Assembly: GCA_028534125.1 (NCBI GenBank)
Contig: CM052818.1
Span: forward strand, 1,862,001 to 1,926,000
Source: Lama glama
Taxonomy: Eukaryota
Reading direction: 5' to 3'
DNA length: 64,000 bases
This document shows positions 26,191-40,330 of this stretch, one piece after another (within the stretch, counting starts at the first letter, position 1; the number at the start of each line of letters is the position of its first letter). The position numbers and the translations under genes are program-made. The notes beneath the pieces are model-generated. The model was not told where the DNA came from. It did no database searches and saw nothing but the letters and a program-made list of their open reading frames with translations.

Positions 26191-29100
26191 ATTAACTTTG
26201 GACTTTTGCTTCCCCACCCCTCCCTCGCCAAGTCCCCAGGGCAAGTTCTAGCTGGTGGGTGGGAGGGTGGGAGGCAGGGTAGCGGGGTGGACAGGGGTTG
26301 TTCTTACAGTACTGTTTCTGGAGTGCAAAGTGTGAATGACGCCCAGTCCCAAGGCATTGTTTTGTGGGGTGAGCAGTGATTGAGATGGATTTCTGGTGCC
26401 TCACCCCAGGACTTTTACGCCCTTCCTCCTTCAGCTTACTGGGACTCACGTAGACAGGGGTCTGGCCTTCTTCTCAGCTGCGCTGACAAACAGAGAAGGC
26501 AACGTACCCAGCAGAAAAGGAACTCAGGCCCAAAGAACACAGTTTAGAATCATAGCTATCTGAAACAAAAAACATCACATACCTGGAGGATAGAGTTCTT
26601 CAGAGGGAGAAATCTTAGAACAGATAGATTAACAATTCAGAATTAAACTAAAAGTGGTAAGGGGAAATATTACCAATACCTAATGTCTTAGTATAAGAAC
26701 AAGAAAGCAAAGATCAAGCAGAAATATTGGTGTGCAAAATATGGTAGTTAAAGTAAAGAATAGGATAGTTCAGATAATCAGCAGGCAGGATCTATGTGGA
26801 GGGGATGCATTAGTGATGTGGAAAACAAGATTGAGATCATCTCCCTTAAGGAAAAGAAAAAGACAAAGAAATTAAAAATATATATATATATGAGATGAAA
26901 AGCCAAGAAATACAGAAAATAAAGTAGAAGTGCTAACTTCCAGAAAATAGAAGTCCCAGGAAGAGGGAAAAAATTAAAAATGGAGAGGAGGACATATTTG
27001 GAGCAATAATGATGATGATTTCCCAGAGATAAGTAGAGGGAAAAGAGGAGGAGATGAGAAAGAGGAAGAGAAAGAGGAGGTGGAAAGGGAGAAGGAAAAG
27101 GCAAAGGAGAAGAAAAGCTTTAGGTGGAAAGAGATGCAGAAAAGAGACAGGGAATGGGGATATGAAATTTAAGAATAACAAAGTCTAAGAGAAAATTCTA
27201 AAGGCTTCCAGAGAGAAAGAGTAGTTCACACACAAAAGAACAAGAGTTAGATTGATCCTAAGAGATTTTTCAAGTAAGTTGGATACAGGAAGTCATGAGT
27301 ATCATTTAAAAATATTAGAAGGAAAGAACTTAGAGTCTAGAATTTTATATTTAGCCAAGACATTTACATATGAGGGCATGATAAAAATATTCTTAGTCCC
27401 AGAAAGCTTCAGAAGGTTTGTCACAAAAAGATCCTCACTGAAAGCTGTTTTGGATGAAGTATATAAAGAGGAAATGCAAACCCAGATTTGGCTATCGTAC
27501 TGAACAGCACAAGTGTAGATTCTTGCTGGTTGAAGTGTGGTGTTTGAATGAGCATCAGCATCACCGGGGAGCTTGTCAGAAAATCTCAAGTCCAATCCCA
27601 AACACGCAGGATCAGAACATGCCTTTCAACAGGAATCCTAGATGTTTTGAGAGTCTGAGAAGCACTGATCTAGATCTATCCATATGATTGGGGTTGGGAT
27701 GGAGGGAAATCACAAATTAAAAAGCAAATATTGACAGATGGGATTTAAAAAGCCAGGTGTATGTTATTTACAAGACACACTTAAAGACACACTTAAGTAG
27801 TAAAAGGAAAGAAAAAGTTCTATCAGCAAATATTAACCTAAACATAATTGTTATAGCTATATTAATATCAAATCAGCTTGGCTTTATGGCAAAGAGCATG
27901 ATAAAATGTTCATTTTTGCCAAGGAAACACAGCAATTTTAAACATGCATGCATCTAACAAAAGACTCTCAAATATCTACATAAAGACCAATAAATAACAC
28001 AGAGGCGATAAATCTACCACTGTACTGGGATATTTCAACTTTCTCCATTATATCAACAAGGATATTAAAAAAAAATCTGAATAATACAAATTGTTAGCTT
28101 TACCTAATGGGTATTTATAAAGTTCTGCATACAAAAATTAGAAAGTACACATTTTCTCAAGCACACCAGAAATATTTACAGTTTCAGACAATAGATATGA
28201 CACAGAACATGATCTCTGACCTTAGTGTACTTAACTTTGAAGGGAGTAACAAAAAGATAAATAAGAAACCTTACATATTTGGAAACTTGAAAAATACACT
28301 GTTAACTAACTCTTGGATCAAGAAGAAATCATAGCAAAAATGTAAAAAAAAACCCCTAGATTTTAAAGATCATGAGAACACTAAATATCAGAGCTTGTGG
28401 AACTTTAAAAAAAAGTATAGCTTTAAATATGTATATAAGAAAATAAGACAGCCTCACAGTTCATAAGCTATGTGTCTAGCTTAAGAAGGTAGGGAAAAAA
28501 AAACTCAACAGAATAAAAAAAGGAGAGAGAAACAGATAAACATAAGAATAAAAAAAAAATCAAGAAATGGTTAAAAAGATACAATAAAGAATATCAAAAA
28601 AGCCAAAAGTTGGATCTTTGAATGACTCACAAGGTACACAAATCTCTAGCAAGACAAACCCAGAAAAGACACATACAAACACATCCTGTGAATGTAAAGG
28701 GAGGATCAACTTCACAAAGAGATTTAAAGATAGGAGGACGCTATCAGCAAGTATAAGCCAACAATTTTGAATATGTAGACAAAATAAGCAAATTCCTAGA
28801 AAATCACTGCTGAAAGTGTGACCTAAAAAGAATGAAAACAAGGCATCAGTCTCAGATGGTTTCATAGACGAATACTACAGCACTTTCAAAGAACTCATCG
28901 TTCCACTTTGTACAACTCTTTCAGGCAGCAGAAAAAGAAGGAATGTAACTTAATCCTATGAAGACTCTACTGCCCTGATACCAGAGCCAAACAAAGACAC
29001 ACTGAGGAAGAAAGAAAAGAGGGGAAAAGGGAAGGAAATAAGGAAGAAAGGAAGGGAGGGAGGGAAGAGAGAGGGAGGAAAGACCATAGGGCCGTTTCAC

Positions 29101-29990
29101 TCAAGGGTTTAGATGCAAATAATGCTAAACAAAATATTTTCAGATAGGGTCCAACAGAATCCAAGAGTTTTAAAAAAGATTAACACACCACAGCTAAGTT
29201 GAGTTTATCCTAGGTGAGCAAGGTGCTTTAGTATTTTAAAAATTCATAAACATTAACAGATTAAAAGAAAAAAACTACATGATCATTCTAAAACTTGTGA
29301 AAGAAGTTATTTGATAACTCATTCATGATGAAAACATTTAGTAAATCAGGATTAGAATGGAAATTTATAAACTTTGTAAAGAGTACCTATGAAAGTCCAG
29401 CGCCAACATCATCTGAAATGGGGAAAAGATTTCACTCATAATCAGGAATAAGTCAAGGATGCCAACAATATCACCACTACTCCTCATCTTATTGGATGAC
29501 CCAGTCAATTAATAAGACAAGAAAGTAGAGGCAGAAGGGTTATAAAAGAGAAATTAAAACCATCATTATTTGTAGATGATCATGGAGTTACATAAAAATA
29601 CCAAAAAGGTCTGCAGACATAGTTTGTAAAAGGTATAAATATATGGAGAGATATATTTAAGGGTAAGAAAACATTATAGTGAAGCTTTCACTTCCCCCTA
29701 AATTAGTTTACATATTTAAAGCAATTCCAATCAAAATTCCAACATGTGGAACTTGAGTGCAAGAAAGAGGTGGCATACATATCACACAAGCAAAGAAGCA
29801 AACGTAGCTAGAAAACAATGGTTATCCATGTGCAAGAAGATTAAATTTAATCCTGCTTTTCACCATGTACAGAAATTAACTCTAAACAGATTGAAGACTT
29901 AGGCATTAATATCCAAAATTTAAAACGCCTAGTAGAACAAAAATGTCAACTATAAGGAAAAGATGGATAGACTTGTCTATATTAAAATTA
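26190..29990 (+). mobile_element. Ancient L1 5' region, ORF1 and ORF2 remnants, with a MER5A-like insertion at about 27520-27667
   Basis: agagaaaattctaaaggcttccagagagaaa (ORF1), tctagaattttatatttagccaa, and degenerate endonuclease/RT-region motifs. Confidence 0.65.
29005..29082. repeat. Purine-rich low-complexity (GGAA/GGGA-like) tract
   Basis: Nearly pure A/G sequence. Confidence 0.8.
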
Positions 29991-31365
29991 AAACCTTGGT
30001 GCTGGAACAAATAGAAATCCTTCACAAAAATGAACTCAAAATGGATCACAGGCCTAAATGTAAAATGTAAAACTATAGAACTCCTAGAAGATAGCATAGG
30101 AGAAAACTTAGAAGATGCTGGGTATGTTGATGACTTTTAGATATAACACCAAAGGCATAATACATGAAAGAAATATTCGATTAGACGAACTTCATCAAAA
30201 TTAAAAGCTTTTGCTTTGCAAAAGATGATGTCAAGAGAATGAGAAGACAAGCCACAGACTGAGAGAAAATATTAGCGAAAGGCACATCTGATAAAGAGCT
30301 GTTATCCGAAATATACAAAGAACTCTTGAAACTCAACATTAGGAAAATAAACAACCTGTTTAAAAAAATGGGCCAAAGATGTTAACAGACACCTAACCAA
30401 AGAAGATAAACACATGGCAAATAAGCATATGAAAAGATGCTCTGCATCATATGTCATCGAGGAAATGCAAATTAAAACAATAATGAGATACCACTGCACA
30501 TCTGTTAGAATGGCTGATACCACTGACAGCACCAAATGTTGGTGAGGATGTGGAGCAGCAGGAACTCTCATTCATTGGTGATGGGAATTCAAGTGGTACA
30601 GTCACTTTAGAAGACAGTTTGGTAGTTTCTTACAAAACTAAACATACTCTTACCAAACATTCCAGTAATCGTGTTCCTTGGTATTTATCCAAAACTTATG
30701 TCCACACAAAAATTGGCACATGAATGTTTATAGTAGCTTTATTCATGACTGGCAAAACTTTGAAGCAACAAAGATGCCCTTCGCCTTCGGTACGTGAATG
30801 GATAAACTGTGGTACATTCAGACAATGGAATATTTTACAGCATTAAAAAGAAATGTTCTGTCAAGCTATGAAAAGACATGGAGGAAACCTAAACACATAT
30901 TACTAAGTGAAAAAAAAAGTCAATCTGAAAAAGTTATATGCTGTATGGTTCCAATTGTATGGTATTCTGGCAAAGGCAAAACTATCGAGACAGTAAAGAG
31001 ATCAGTGGTAGCCAGAGGTTGGGTGGGGAGAAGGAATAAGTAGGCACAACACAGAGGATTTCTAGAACAGTGAAAATACTCTGTATGATATCGTAATAGC
31101 AGATGCATGCCATTATATATTTATCAAAACCCATAGAATGTGCTAGCAAGAGTGAATACTAATGTGTGGTGTGGACTTTGGATGATCATGGTGTGTCAAT
31201 GTGGGTTCATCAATTGTAACAAGTGTGCCACTCTGGTAAAGGGATGTTAATAGTGCTGGAGGCTATGCATTTGTGGGAGGGATGGGGTATATAGGAAAGC
31301 TCTGTACCTTCCCCTCAGTTTTGCTGTGAACCAAAAATTGCCATTAAAAAAGATTTTTAAAAAAA
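29990..31365 (+). mobile_element. L1MC-like ORF2 end and 3' UTR
   Basis: aactcaaaatggatcacaggcctaaatgtaaaa..aaacccatagaatg..ctctgtaccttcccctcagttttgctgtgaacc. Confidence 0.85.
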
Positions 31366-33026
31366 GAGAGAAATTGAAATAATATGACAACATTTTTTAA
31401 AATTAAGAATTTTAGATCTCCAAAAGACTTTTAAAAGAAAGTAGAAAGTCAAGCTAGAAACTGAGAGAAGATATTTGCAATTTTTACAGGTGATAATGGA
31501 TTTGTATCAAGAATATATTAAGAGCTCTTACAGAATAATAAGGAGAGCACATATAACCCAAAAGAAAGTTATCCAAAAATGTGAAAAGACATTTCACAGA
31601 AGAGGAAACACACATCACCCACAAATAGATGAGGAGATGTTCAACATCGTTAGTGAAAAGAAAAAGCCAGTTAGGACTACAGTGAGATAACACTGAATAC
31701 CCATCTAACCGGCAAAAATGAAACAGTCTGACAATACCAAAAGTTGGAGAGGATATAATTCCAGAGCGTCACTTTCTTATACATTGCTGGTAGGAATTTA
31801 AATTGACATAACCACTGTAGAATACAAGTTGAGACGACCGATTTGCACATGTTTAGCAGGAAGCACCTGCAAGCATGTTCGCAGCAGTATTGCTCACAGT
31901 AGCAGAAGTCTGGCCCTCTGAGTGTCCATCGATGGAAGAGTGGATGATTAAACCACATGATACAAAAGTACACGGCACACGAGACAAATGAACTGCCATG
32001 ACACACAACCATATGGATGAATCTTACTAATACAATATTAAGTGAAAAATAAAGTCCCGAAAGATTACATTTTGCCTGGATACTTATTTTTAGCTAACTA
32101 AAATTAAAATGTGTGCAATTTTAATGAATGCAATAAAACTAAACAAAAATAAAAGTTTAAAAAATGATGAATACAAGATCATGAATGATGATTAACATGA
32201 GCTGGGGCTGGAAGAGGAACAGAACTCTGGAGACCACGTAGTTTGAGCAGATTGTTTTCAAGGTCCAAGCTTTTGTTTTGGATGGTGATTTCACAGATGC
32301 TTATGTAATTATTACAATTAACTAACCAACTAAGTAACTGATTCACTACCCATTTCAATTATTTATTGCTACATAACAAAGCACTCCAAGGTTAATGGCT
32401 TAATAGAACATTTGTTATTCTCCATACCTCATGATGGTCTGGGTCAGGCATTTAGACGGGGCACAAAGGGGCTTGTCTTTGTTCCACAATGGCTGCTGTC
32501 AATTGGTATGAGTCAACAGCAGGGGCCTGGAACAGCCAGGGCCCGGCCATCCATATCTCTCTTTATCTCCATGCGGCTATGCTTTCTCACAGCATGGCAG
32601 CCCCAGGGTAGCTAGACTTCTCACATGGTGACTGAGGACTCTAGAGTGACTGACTGGAAGTGGCAAGTTTTCCTGTGATGTTTCCTCAGAAATCAAGGCC
32701 AGGGGAGGAATAGCCTCCACCCCACTCCCCCACCTGTGGGAAGGCACGCAGTATGAGAAAGAGAGGAGTTGATGGCAACCATCTTCACATCAAAGCATTT
32801 GGGAAGACTGTGTCATAAATAGAGCAACGCTTCCCAAATTAATCTATTAATTTGATATGATTCTCATCAAAACTCAGTTTTAAAATCTATGTAACGCTTC
32901 AGTGTGAAAGATGTTCTAAAGTTTATGCAAAAATTCAGTATGAAAAAATAGTCAATAAAATTACATATATATAAAAAGGAGAAGTAATGAGCAGATACTT
33001 TTCCTATCAGATATAAAATATATTCT

Positions 33027-33519
33027 GGGGAAGGGGGGGAGGGGCAATATAGGGGTAGAGGATTAAGAGGTACAAACTACTCTTTTTTTTTCTTTAACAT
33101 TTTTTAAAATTGAGTTATAGTCATTTTACAATGTTGTGTCAAATTCCAGTGTAGAGCACAATTTTTCAGTTATACATGAACATACTTACATTCATTGTCA
33201 CATTTCTCTTTGGCTGTGAGCTACCACAAGATCCTGTATATATTTCCCTGGGCTACACAGTACAATCTTGTGTATCTATTCTACATTTTGAAATCCCAGG
33301 TACAAACTATTCTTTATAAAATAAGTTACAAGGATATATTGTACAACACAGAGAATATAGCCTGTCCTATATAGAATATTCTATATAATATGGGATATAT
33401 TATAATATTTTATAATAGCTATAAATGAGTATAGCCTTTAAAAATTGTGAGTCACTATATTGCACACCTGTAACTTATATAATATTGTACATCAACTATA
33501 CTTCAATTTAAAAAAATTA
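33027..33519 (+). mobile_element. L1 3' end (intermediate age) inserted in an older L1 and itself interrupted
   Basis: L1 3' UTR ending tacatcaactatacttcaatt + A tail. TSD aaaatatattct (33015-33026) / aaaataaattct (33520-33531). Confidence 0.8.
33086..33297 (-). mobile_element. Young camelid-type L1 3' end, nested antisense
   Basis: T-rich tail then ttgagttatagtcattttacaatgttgtgtcaaattcc.... TSD matches 17/18: aggtacaaactaCtcttt (33068-33085) / aggtacaaactaTtcttt (33298-33315). Confidence 0.88.
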
Positions 33520-35249
33520 AAAATAAATTCTAACACTATAATAAATAAAAGAGTGTAATACCAGTATCTGAATAGACAAGTGCAAAAGTGGAAGTAAAGA
33601 GGAAGTCCAAACCCAGATGGATGTTTATAAGATAAAGATAAGATTTCATTTCAGTAGGGAAAGGACAGGCTATTTGATAAATGGTATTTGGATAATTGGC
33701 TTCTTTTTTTTTTTTAGCAAAAAATACAGTTGGATTCCCTTCCTTGTTCTTTGCTTTAAAATAAATTTCATATTGAATACGTATTTAAAAGAAAAAATTA
33801 AAAGAGAATATAGAATATTACTTTTACTGTTTCAGGATGGGGAAGCCTTTCTACTCTTGACAGCAAAAGCAATAAAATAAGATGCTGATAGATTTGATTA
33901 TACGGAGGGTACAAATCCATGCTGTAAAAATTATTATTCTGAAACAATGAAAAGAAAGATGTCAAAGCGGGATTTTTTTCACCTTAAAAATGCATAAGGA
34001 GTTAATATTCTCTATACAAAGAACTCTTAAAAATCAGTAAGAGAATGAATAGTCTAATTGTAAAAAATGGCAAGCAGACAATTTACAAAAATGAGAGCAA
34101 GTAAATATATGAAAAAAGTTGATATTCAGTTAAAAAATGCAAAATGAGGTATCTTTCTCCCTAACAGATTGGCAAAGATTAAAAAGTAAAACTGCGCAAT
34201 GCTTATCAAAGTATAAAGTAACTTACTTGCATACACCACTGGTTTGAGTATAAATTAGTACAACTTTCCTGGAAGGCATTTTGACCATCCCTACCAAAAG
34301 CCTTAAAATGCAAGCAAGTCCTTTGACAAAGTAATTCCATTTCTAGGAAAGAATTTATCCTCACCAGATAAGGGAAGAGCTTCAAGTTAAACACAGTGGA
34401 TTGAAACAAATGGATTTAACTCTGCCCCCTCCTGAAACCCCGCTAGACTGATACAGAGTTAAAAGAGAAGTGTAAAGTAAGGAGGAGATGACAGTGAGAC
34501 AGAGTTGTCAACATAGCTTTGGACGTTAAAAATGGATGAATGAGCAGAGTACGGCAAATTGAGCACATGCATTTAATTTTGCGCTCTTCCAAACATCCCA
34601 ATAAAGCTACAGTAGAGGGATTGTTCAAAAAGGCTTGAACCCACCAGAGTGGGGAGAATGAGAGAAGAGAAAGGAGGAACACAATTTCGTAAGCTAGAAG
34701 ATCAATGGATGAGTCATAATTTACTTGATGAACCTGAGAAAGTTGAGAACTCACCTTGGTTAGACCACAGAATCTTCAAAAGACCCAGGAGTTGGAGGCC
34801 CCAGTTCTTCTGGAAGGAAATAGGGGAAGGAACGCGTGTGACTAACATAGGGAGGATTGTCTGAAAGTGATTTAAGAGGCAATTAGATCCCTGTGCCCCC
34901 TCTTCAACTCTGTCACTGAATGCCTGCTTCTCCCCTACCCTAGCAGATGACTGGAAGTTTATTCTCCCTGGAGAGGGCTGTTTGCGTTCCTTGACCTGTG
35001 TCCATATCACGTCAGTCTCTGCCTTTGTGGTTGCATTGCCTCCTCCTCTTACGGGTCGGTTTTTCTCTGCTTAAGGATACTTAGGATGGCACTGGAGGCT
35101 CACTTGAATAATCCAGGATCATCACCTCATCTCAAGATCCTTGACTTAATCTCACCTGCAAAGACCCCAAATCAGGTAACATTTATAGGTTCCAGGAATT
35201 AGGATGTGAATATTTTTTAGGGGGCCATTTTTCAGCCTGCCAGATACAC

Positions 35250-37400
35250 TGAATTAAATTTACTGATTTTTGAATGTTAAACCAAACTTGCATTTCTGGG
35301 ATAAACGCCATTTGGTTATACTGCATGACCCTTTCTGAAAATACATTGTTGAATTCAATTTCCTAAAAATTTATGAAGATATTTTCTAGGTCAAATATCA
35401 TGAATATCATGAAGGACATTGGTCTGAACCTCTGCTAGGTTTAGAGATCATGGTTGTGATGGCAATTTTCACTTCATGTGTTTTGAATAACCAGTTTTGG
35501 TTTCATTGATTTTTCTTTATTGATTTTTTTACTTCCTTTTTCAAAACTGATTTATGTTCTTTGTTACTTCCTTCCCTTTTCCTAATTGAGTTTAATTTGA
35601 CTGTTTTAGTTTCTTAAGCTAAAACCATTAGTTTGCAACCATTCTCTACTTTGCTCCCCAACTCTCCATATATAAGCATTTAATGCTACAAATTTCCCTC
35701 AAAGCACTGTAACCCGTTTATTTTGACTTACTGTGTTTTCTCTTTTATTTAATTCAAAATGTTTTTATTTTGATTGTGAATTCTTTGAAACATAGGTTAT
35801 ATAAAAGTGTGTTATTTAATTTCCAATTACTTGCAAATTTCCCAGTATTTTTGTGTCTTTGATTTTTAATTTAATTCTGTGTGGTAAGAGAACTTTCTTT
35901 GCATGATTTCAGTGTTCTTAAATTTATTGAGACTTTGTTTAATGGCCCAGAATATAGTCTATCTTGGTAAATTCTTCATATGCCTTTGAAAAGAATTTGT
36001 ATTTTGCTGTAGTTGGAGGGTGTGATCTATAAATGTCAATTAAATCAGGTTATTTGACTCAAGTCAAATCTTCTATATTCTTACTTATTTTCTATTTTTT
36101 GTATCAATTACTGGATGAGGACTGTTGAAAAATTATAATTACTTCTTTCAGCTATACATTTTTGCTTCAACTAGTTTGAATCTCTATTATTAGATGCATA
36201 CACATTTAGGATTGTTATGTCATCTTGATGAATATATTCTTTTCTGTTTTTATCCCTGGTATTCCTGTTTTGAAGTCTACTGTAGATGATATTAAGATAG
36301 CTACTCCAGATTTCTTATGAATATTATTTGCAAGATACATCTTTTCCATTACTTTTAAACTATCTATGTCTTTGTATTTAAAGTGAGTCTCTTGTAGAGA
36401 ATATATTGTTGGATCTTGCTTTAAGAAAAAAATCAAATCTGACAGTCTCTGCCTTTTAACTTGTGTGCTTTAATGTATTTATATTTAATGTACATGTCAA
36501 TTTTTTCAGCTTAAATCTACCAACTTCTTTCTTGTTTTCTTTTAATTTCATCTACTGTTTTTTCCTTTTTCCTTCCTTCTTTGGATTAAATTTTTTAAAA
36601 AATTCATTTTATCCCCACTTGGCTTATTACTATACCTCTGTCTTTTTTTTTTTTTAATTATTGCTCTATGCTTTACTTTAAACATCTTTAACTTGTAACT
36701 TATAGTCTAATTAAAAATAATATGTAACATCACATATAGTTGTAGAAAACTTAAAATAGTACGTTTTTATTTCCTCTTCCTTTATACTATTTTCCATAAT
36801 TTTCCTTCTTATTTGTAAACTGTATATATAATATAATGTCATTATTTTTACTTTAAATAGTCTATCATCTTCTAAAGAGATTTGAATGTGACTTTTACCA
36901 TTTCAAGTGCTCTTTATTCTTTTTGTGGCCCATTTTTTTCTGTCTGGTTTCATTTTCCTTCTTTTAACTTTTCATTTTTTTCATTTTCCTTCTTTTAACT
37001 TTTCCTATAGTGCATGTCTGGTGGCAATAAATTCAGCTTTCATCTGAAAAATTTCTTTATTTTCCTTTTGATTTTGAAAAAAAATTTAAGTAAAAGATCT
37101 AGGTTGAAAGATTTTTCTTTTGTTCAGCACTTTAATTATACTTTACTTTTCCCCCTCTGTCTTGCATACCTTCTGATAAGAATCCAGTAAACTGGTAAAA
37201 TCATATAGCCTGTTTTGTTTTCCCTTCTCTTGGTTATTAAAGTCCTGTGCTACTTATTCCAATGTCTAAAAACCATTATTGCATATATTTGTCTGGTTTT
37301 CTGATTATGTAAGGTGAGAGAATAAATCTTATCATTGTTACTAAAGGTTGACTAAAAGCTGAGCTCTACTATTCTGACCATCTTAAAGTTTCTATTCTGA
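35250..37400 (-). mobile_element. Ancient L1 fragments (ORF2 5' part / ORF1)
   Basis: Minus-strand ORF 36215-36436 (QDPTIYSLQETHFKYKD...KKSGVAILIS) matches the L1 endonuclease N-terminus. Confidence 0.8.
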
Positions 37401-37639
37401 TTTCATTTTTGAATCATTATAGGCCATTCTTGCTCTCTTGGACTGGCCCACTCCCAATTCTCAGGAGTACACTATCTTTCAGTATTTTTTTTACTTCACT
37501 AATAAAGATCTTGCCTTAAAAAAAAAAACTACTTGACATTAGATCTGATGATGATTTTTTTTGACATTTATGATACCAAAAGCACAGGCAACAAAAGAAA
37601 AAAATTAATAAATTTGACTTAATAAAAATTTAAAACTTT

Positions 37640-38113
37640 TGGAGGGCACAGGCATGGGGGCTGGTGAGGTGAGCTGCTGGCAGGCCTGGGTGCATTCTCC
37701 CAGGTTCAGCCACAACGTGGCAACTGCTTTTCTAAGGAAAGTGGTTTCTGCCCTGAGCCCCCTCCTCTGTCTAGGAGGTCACTCACTCTCCATGCTCACA
37801 TCTGGACCCCTGCACACCTCCTCTCCTATCTGTGTGCAGCCCAGAGCATCAGCAGCCTCCAACCTGTCTGCTGGCCCGGTGCTGGACTTGCAGCCAGCTC
37901 TGGGCTTCAAGACCAAAGGGGTCCTGAAATGACTGCTACCTGGTGAAGACGCATGGGCAGTAGTTTGTCTACTGCAAGATGAACTGGAAGCACAAGCAAA
38001 GACAGATGTAGCCTCTCAGGCTGTGAACTCATGTGCAGAGTTGTGTCCCTGCCTTGAGAAATGGTGTTGTCTCATGGAAAGGACAGCAAAGTGTAAACAT
38101 TTTAAATTTAAAC
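37640..38113 (+). pseudogene. MRPL36: MRPL36 (mitochondrial ribosomal protein bL36m) processed pseudogene inserted into an L1
   Basis: 37717-37929 reads (M>V)ATAFLRKVVSALSPLL...QPALGFKTKGVLK. After a frameshifting deletion, 37931-38011 reads DCYLVKTHGQ*FVYCKMNWKHKQRQM*, matching the MRPL36 C-terminus GFKxKxVLKKRCxDCYLVKRRGRWxxYCKTxPxHKQRQM. Lesions: ATG>GTG, a frameshift, and an in-frame TAG at 37961. TSD matches 14/16: aaaaatttaaaacttt (37624-37639) and aaaaattaaacacttt (38114-38129). Confidence 0.92.
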
Positions 38114-38758
38114 AAAAATTAAACACTTTAATGCATCAAAGGACACTAAAAACATAGTGAAAAGACAACCAATAGAATGGGAGAAAATATTTGTAAATCA
38201 TATTTCTGATAAGTGTTAATATCCAGAATATATAAAGAATTCCTATAATTTAAAAATTTTAAAAATAATTCTACTAAAAAATAGGCAAAAGACTTTAATA
38301 GACATTTTCCCAAAGAAGGTATACAAGTGGCCAATAACTACATGAAAAGATGTTCATCATCAGTAATCATCAGGGAAATGAAAAACAAAGTCTCAATGAA
38401 ATATCACTTCACACCTAAATCCATTAAGATGTCTACTATAAAAACCACAAAAACAAAAATCCAGAAAATAACCTGTGTTGGTAATGGTATGGAGAAATTG
38501 GAATCCTTGTACATTGCTGGTGGAAATGTAAAACGGTGCAGCTGCTATGGTAAACAGTGTGTTTCCTCAAAAAAATGATGCATGAAATTAGCATATGGTC
38601 TAACAATTTCACTCTGAGATATAAACTCAAAAGACTTGAAAGTAGAAACTCAAACATATTTGTATATCTATGTTCATAGTATCATTATTCACAGTTACCA
38701 AAAGGTGAAAGCAATCCAAATGTCCATCAACAGATGAATTGGTAAACAAAATATGGTA

Positions 38759-38762
38759 TGTA

Positions 38763-38800
<38 letters not shown>

Positions 38801-38801
38801 A
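38759..38801. repeat. (TG)n(TA)n microsatellite within L1
   Basis: gtatgtgtgtgtgtatatatatatatatatatatatatata. Confidence 0.9.
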
Positions 38802-39519
38802 TGGAATATTATTCTGCCTTAAAAAGAAAGGAAATTCTGACACATGCCACAATATGGATGAATCTTGAAGATATTATGCTAAGTGAAAAAAAAGCCAATC
38901 ACACACACGCACAAAAACAGAACCCAAAACGAATACTATGTGATTTCACTTATATGAGGCACTCAGTGGAGTGAAATTCACAGAAACAGAAAGTAGGATG
39001 GTGGTGGCCAGGGATTGGAGGAAGGCAGGAATCAGTTGTTTCATGCTTACAGAGTTTCAATTTAGTGAGATGAAAAGAATTCTGGAGTTGGATGATGCTT
39101 GTGGTCCAACAATATGAACATACTTGAAACCACTGAATTGTACAGTTATGAATGGTTAAATGGTGAATTTTATGTTGTGCATATTTCACCACAGTAAAAA
39201 AAAATACAGCATTTTGCATTGGACCAGGAGAAATATCTCACTAAAAAAAATTTTTAAAAAATCTATACCCATCCCCATTGAAGACCAATTAAATCAGATT
39301 CTGGGGTATCAGCATATATATTTCAGAGTTTTACCAGTGATTCTAATGTAAACTCAGTATTGAGAACTTCTGACTTGAGTTATAGATCTCACTGATGGAA
39401 GAATAGTTTCCTGACTTTATTTTTATTTCCTTAATGTTTTTTGAGCTTGGCTATAACATATAAATTGTGTTTAAGGCATTTTTTTTGTAGGATCTGGCTA
39501 TATTTTAGTTGGAGGAACC

Positions 39520-40330
39520 TTTAAAATATAAATTTATAATGTTATACCCAGCTAAACTATTCATCAGTTTTGAGGGTAGAATAAAAGCAGAAATAAAAGC
39601 ATAACTTCTCAAAAATTCTATCTCCCATTCTTTCTGAAAACAAAAAACAAAAAACTACAGGAGATTGTGTCCCAGCAAAACAAGGCTCTAAACTAAGAAA
39701 ATGAAAAGAGAGGAACTAGAAACTAGAATAGTCAGCATAAAAGAGGAGCAAAGTGGATTCACAAGATGGGGATGAAAGAAGGACTAGATGATGCAGAGGT
39801 ACATACGTACAAAGTGCTAGAGAGCCAAACCAGATGAGAGCAGCTGGGGAATAACCACGTGAGGTGTTGACCTTATTTAGAGAGCATTCATCGTTCAGTC
39901 AGAGAGTTTGAGAGGAAAGAGCAACACATACCAAGAGAGCCAGGTAAATAAAGAACGAGGCAGTTATTACCTTGGGAAGAACTGAAAAATTTACAGAAAA
40001 GGAAACGTAATCATAGTTTGTGGTTCAGATTTGAGAATGTTGTAATTTAACTCTATTTGAAGATCAAAGAGGGGGAATATTTGTGTGTGGCAGTGTAAGA
40101 GGGCTCCCTTCTCATCTCCCATAGTAGGAAGCAAACAGATGATGTTTAATTGGTTAATTAAGACAGCAGAATATAAACAAATTATACGCACACAGATCAA
40201 CACCGGGAAAACCACTGAAGGAGCCGTGACTGTCTTGGCAGAGGAGGAGTGAGGCAGGGCATTGCTGGTTTTCATTGTGAGCCTTTTTGACTTCTAAAAT
40301 TTTGTTCCAGGTATTCCTCTGGTTGGAGAG
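39520..40330 (+). mobile_element. HAL1/L1-like ancient LINE fragment
   Basis: tatacccagctaaactattcatcag..gagggtagaataaa and downstream HAL1-like tract. Confidence 0.5.

Larger units (their letters stand above)
37520..39205 (+). mobile_element. L1MB-like ORF2 end and 3' UTR, host of the MRPL36 retrocopy
   Basis: ccaaaagcacaggcaacaaaagaaaaa..|..gcatcaaaggacact..aaatgtccatcaacagatgaat..ccactgaattgtac. Confidence 0.85.

Noticed and set aside
37669..37703. GTGAG...CCCAG mini-intron in the MRPL36 copy's 5' UTR
   Set aside because: 35 nt is too short for a mammalian spliceosomal intron; more likely exon sequence from an alternative donor.
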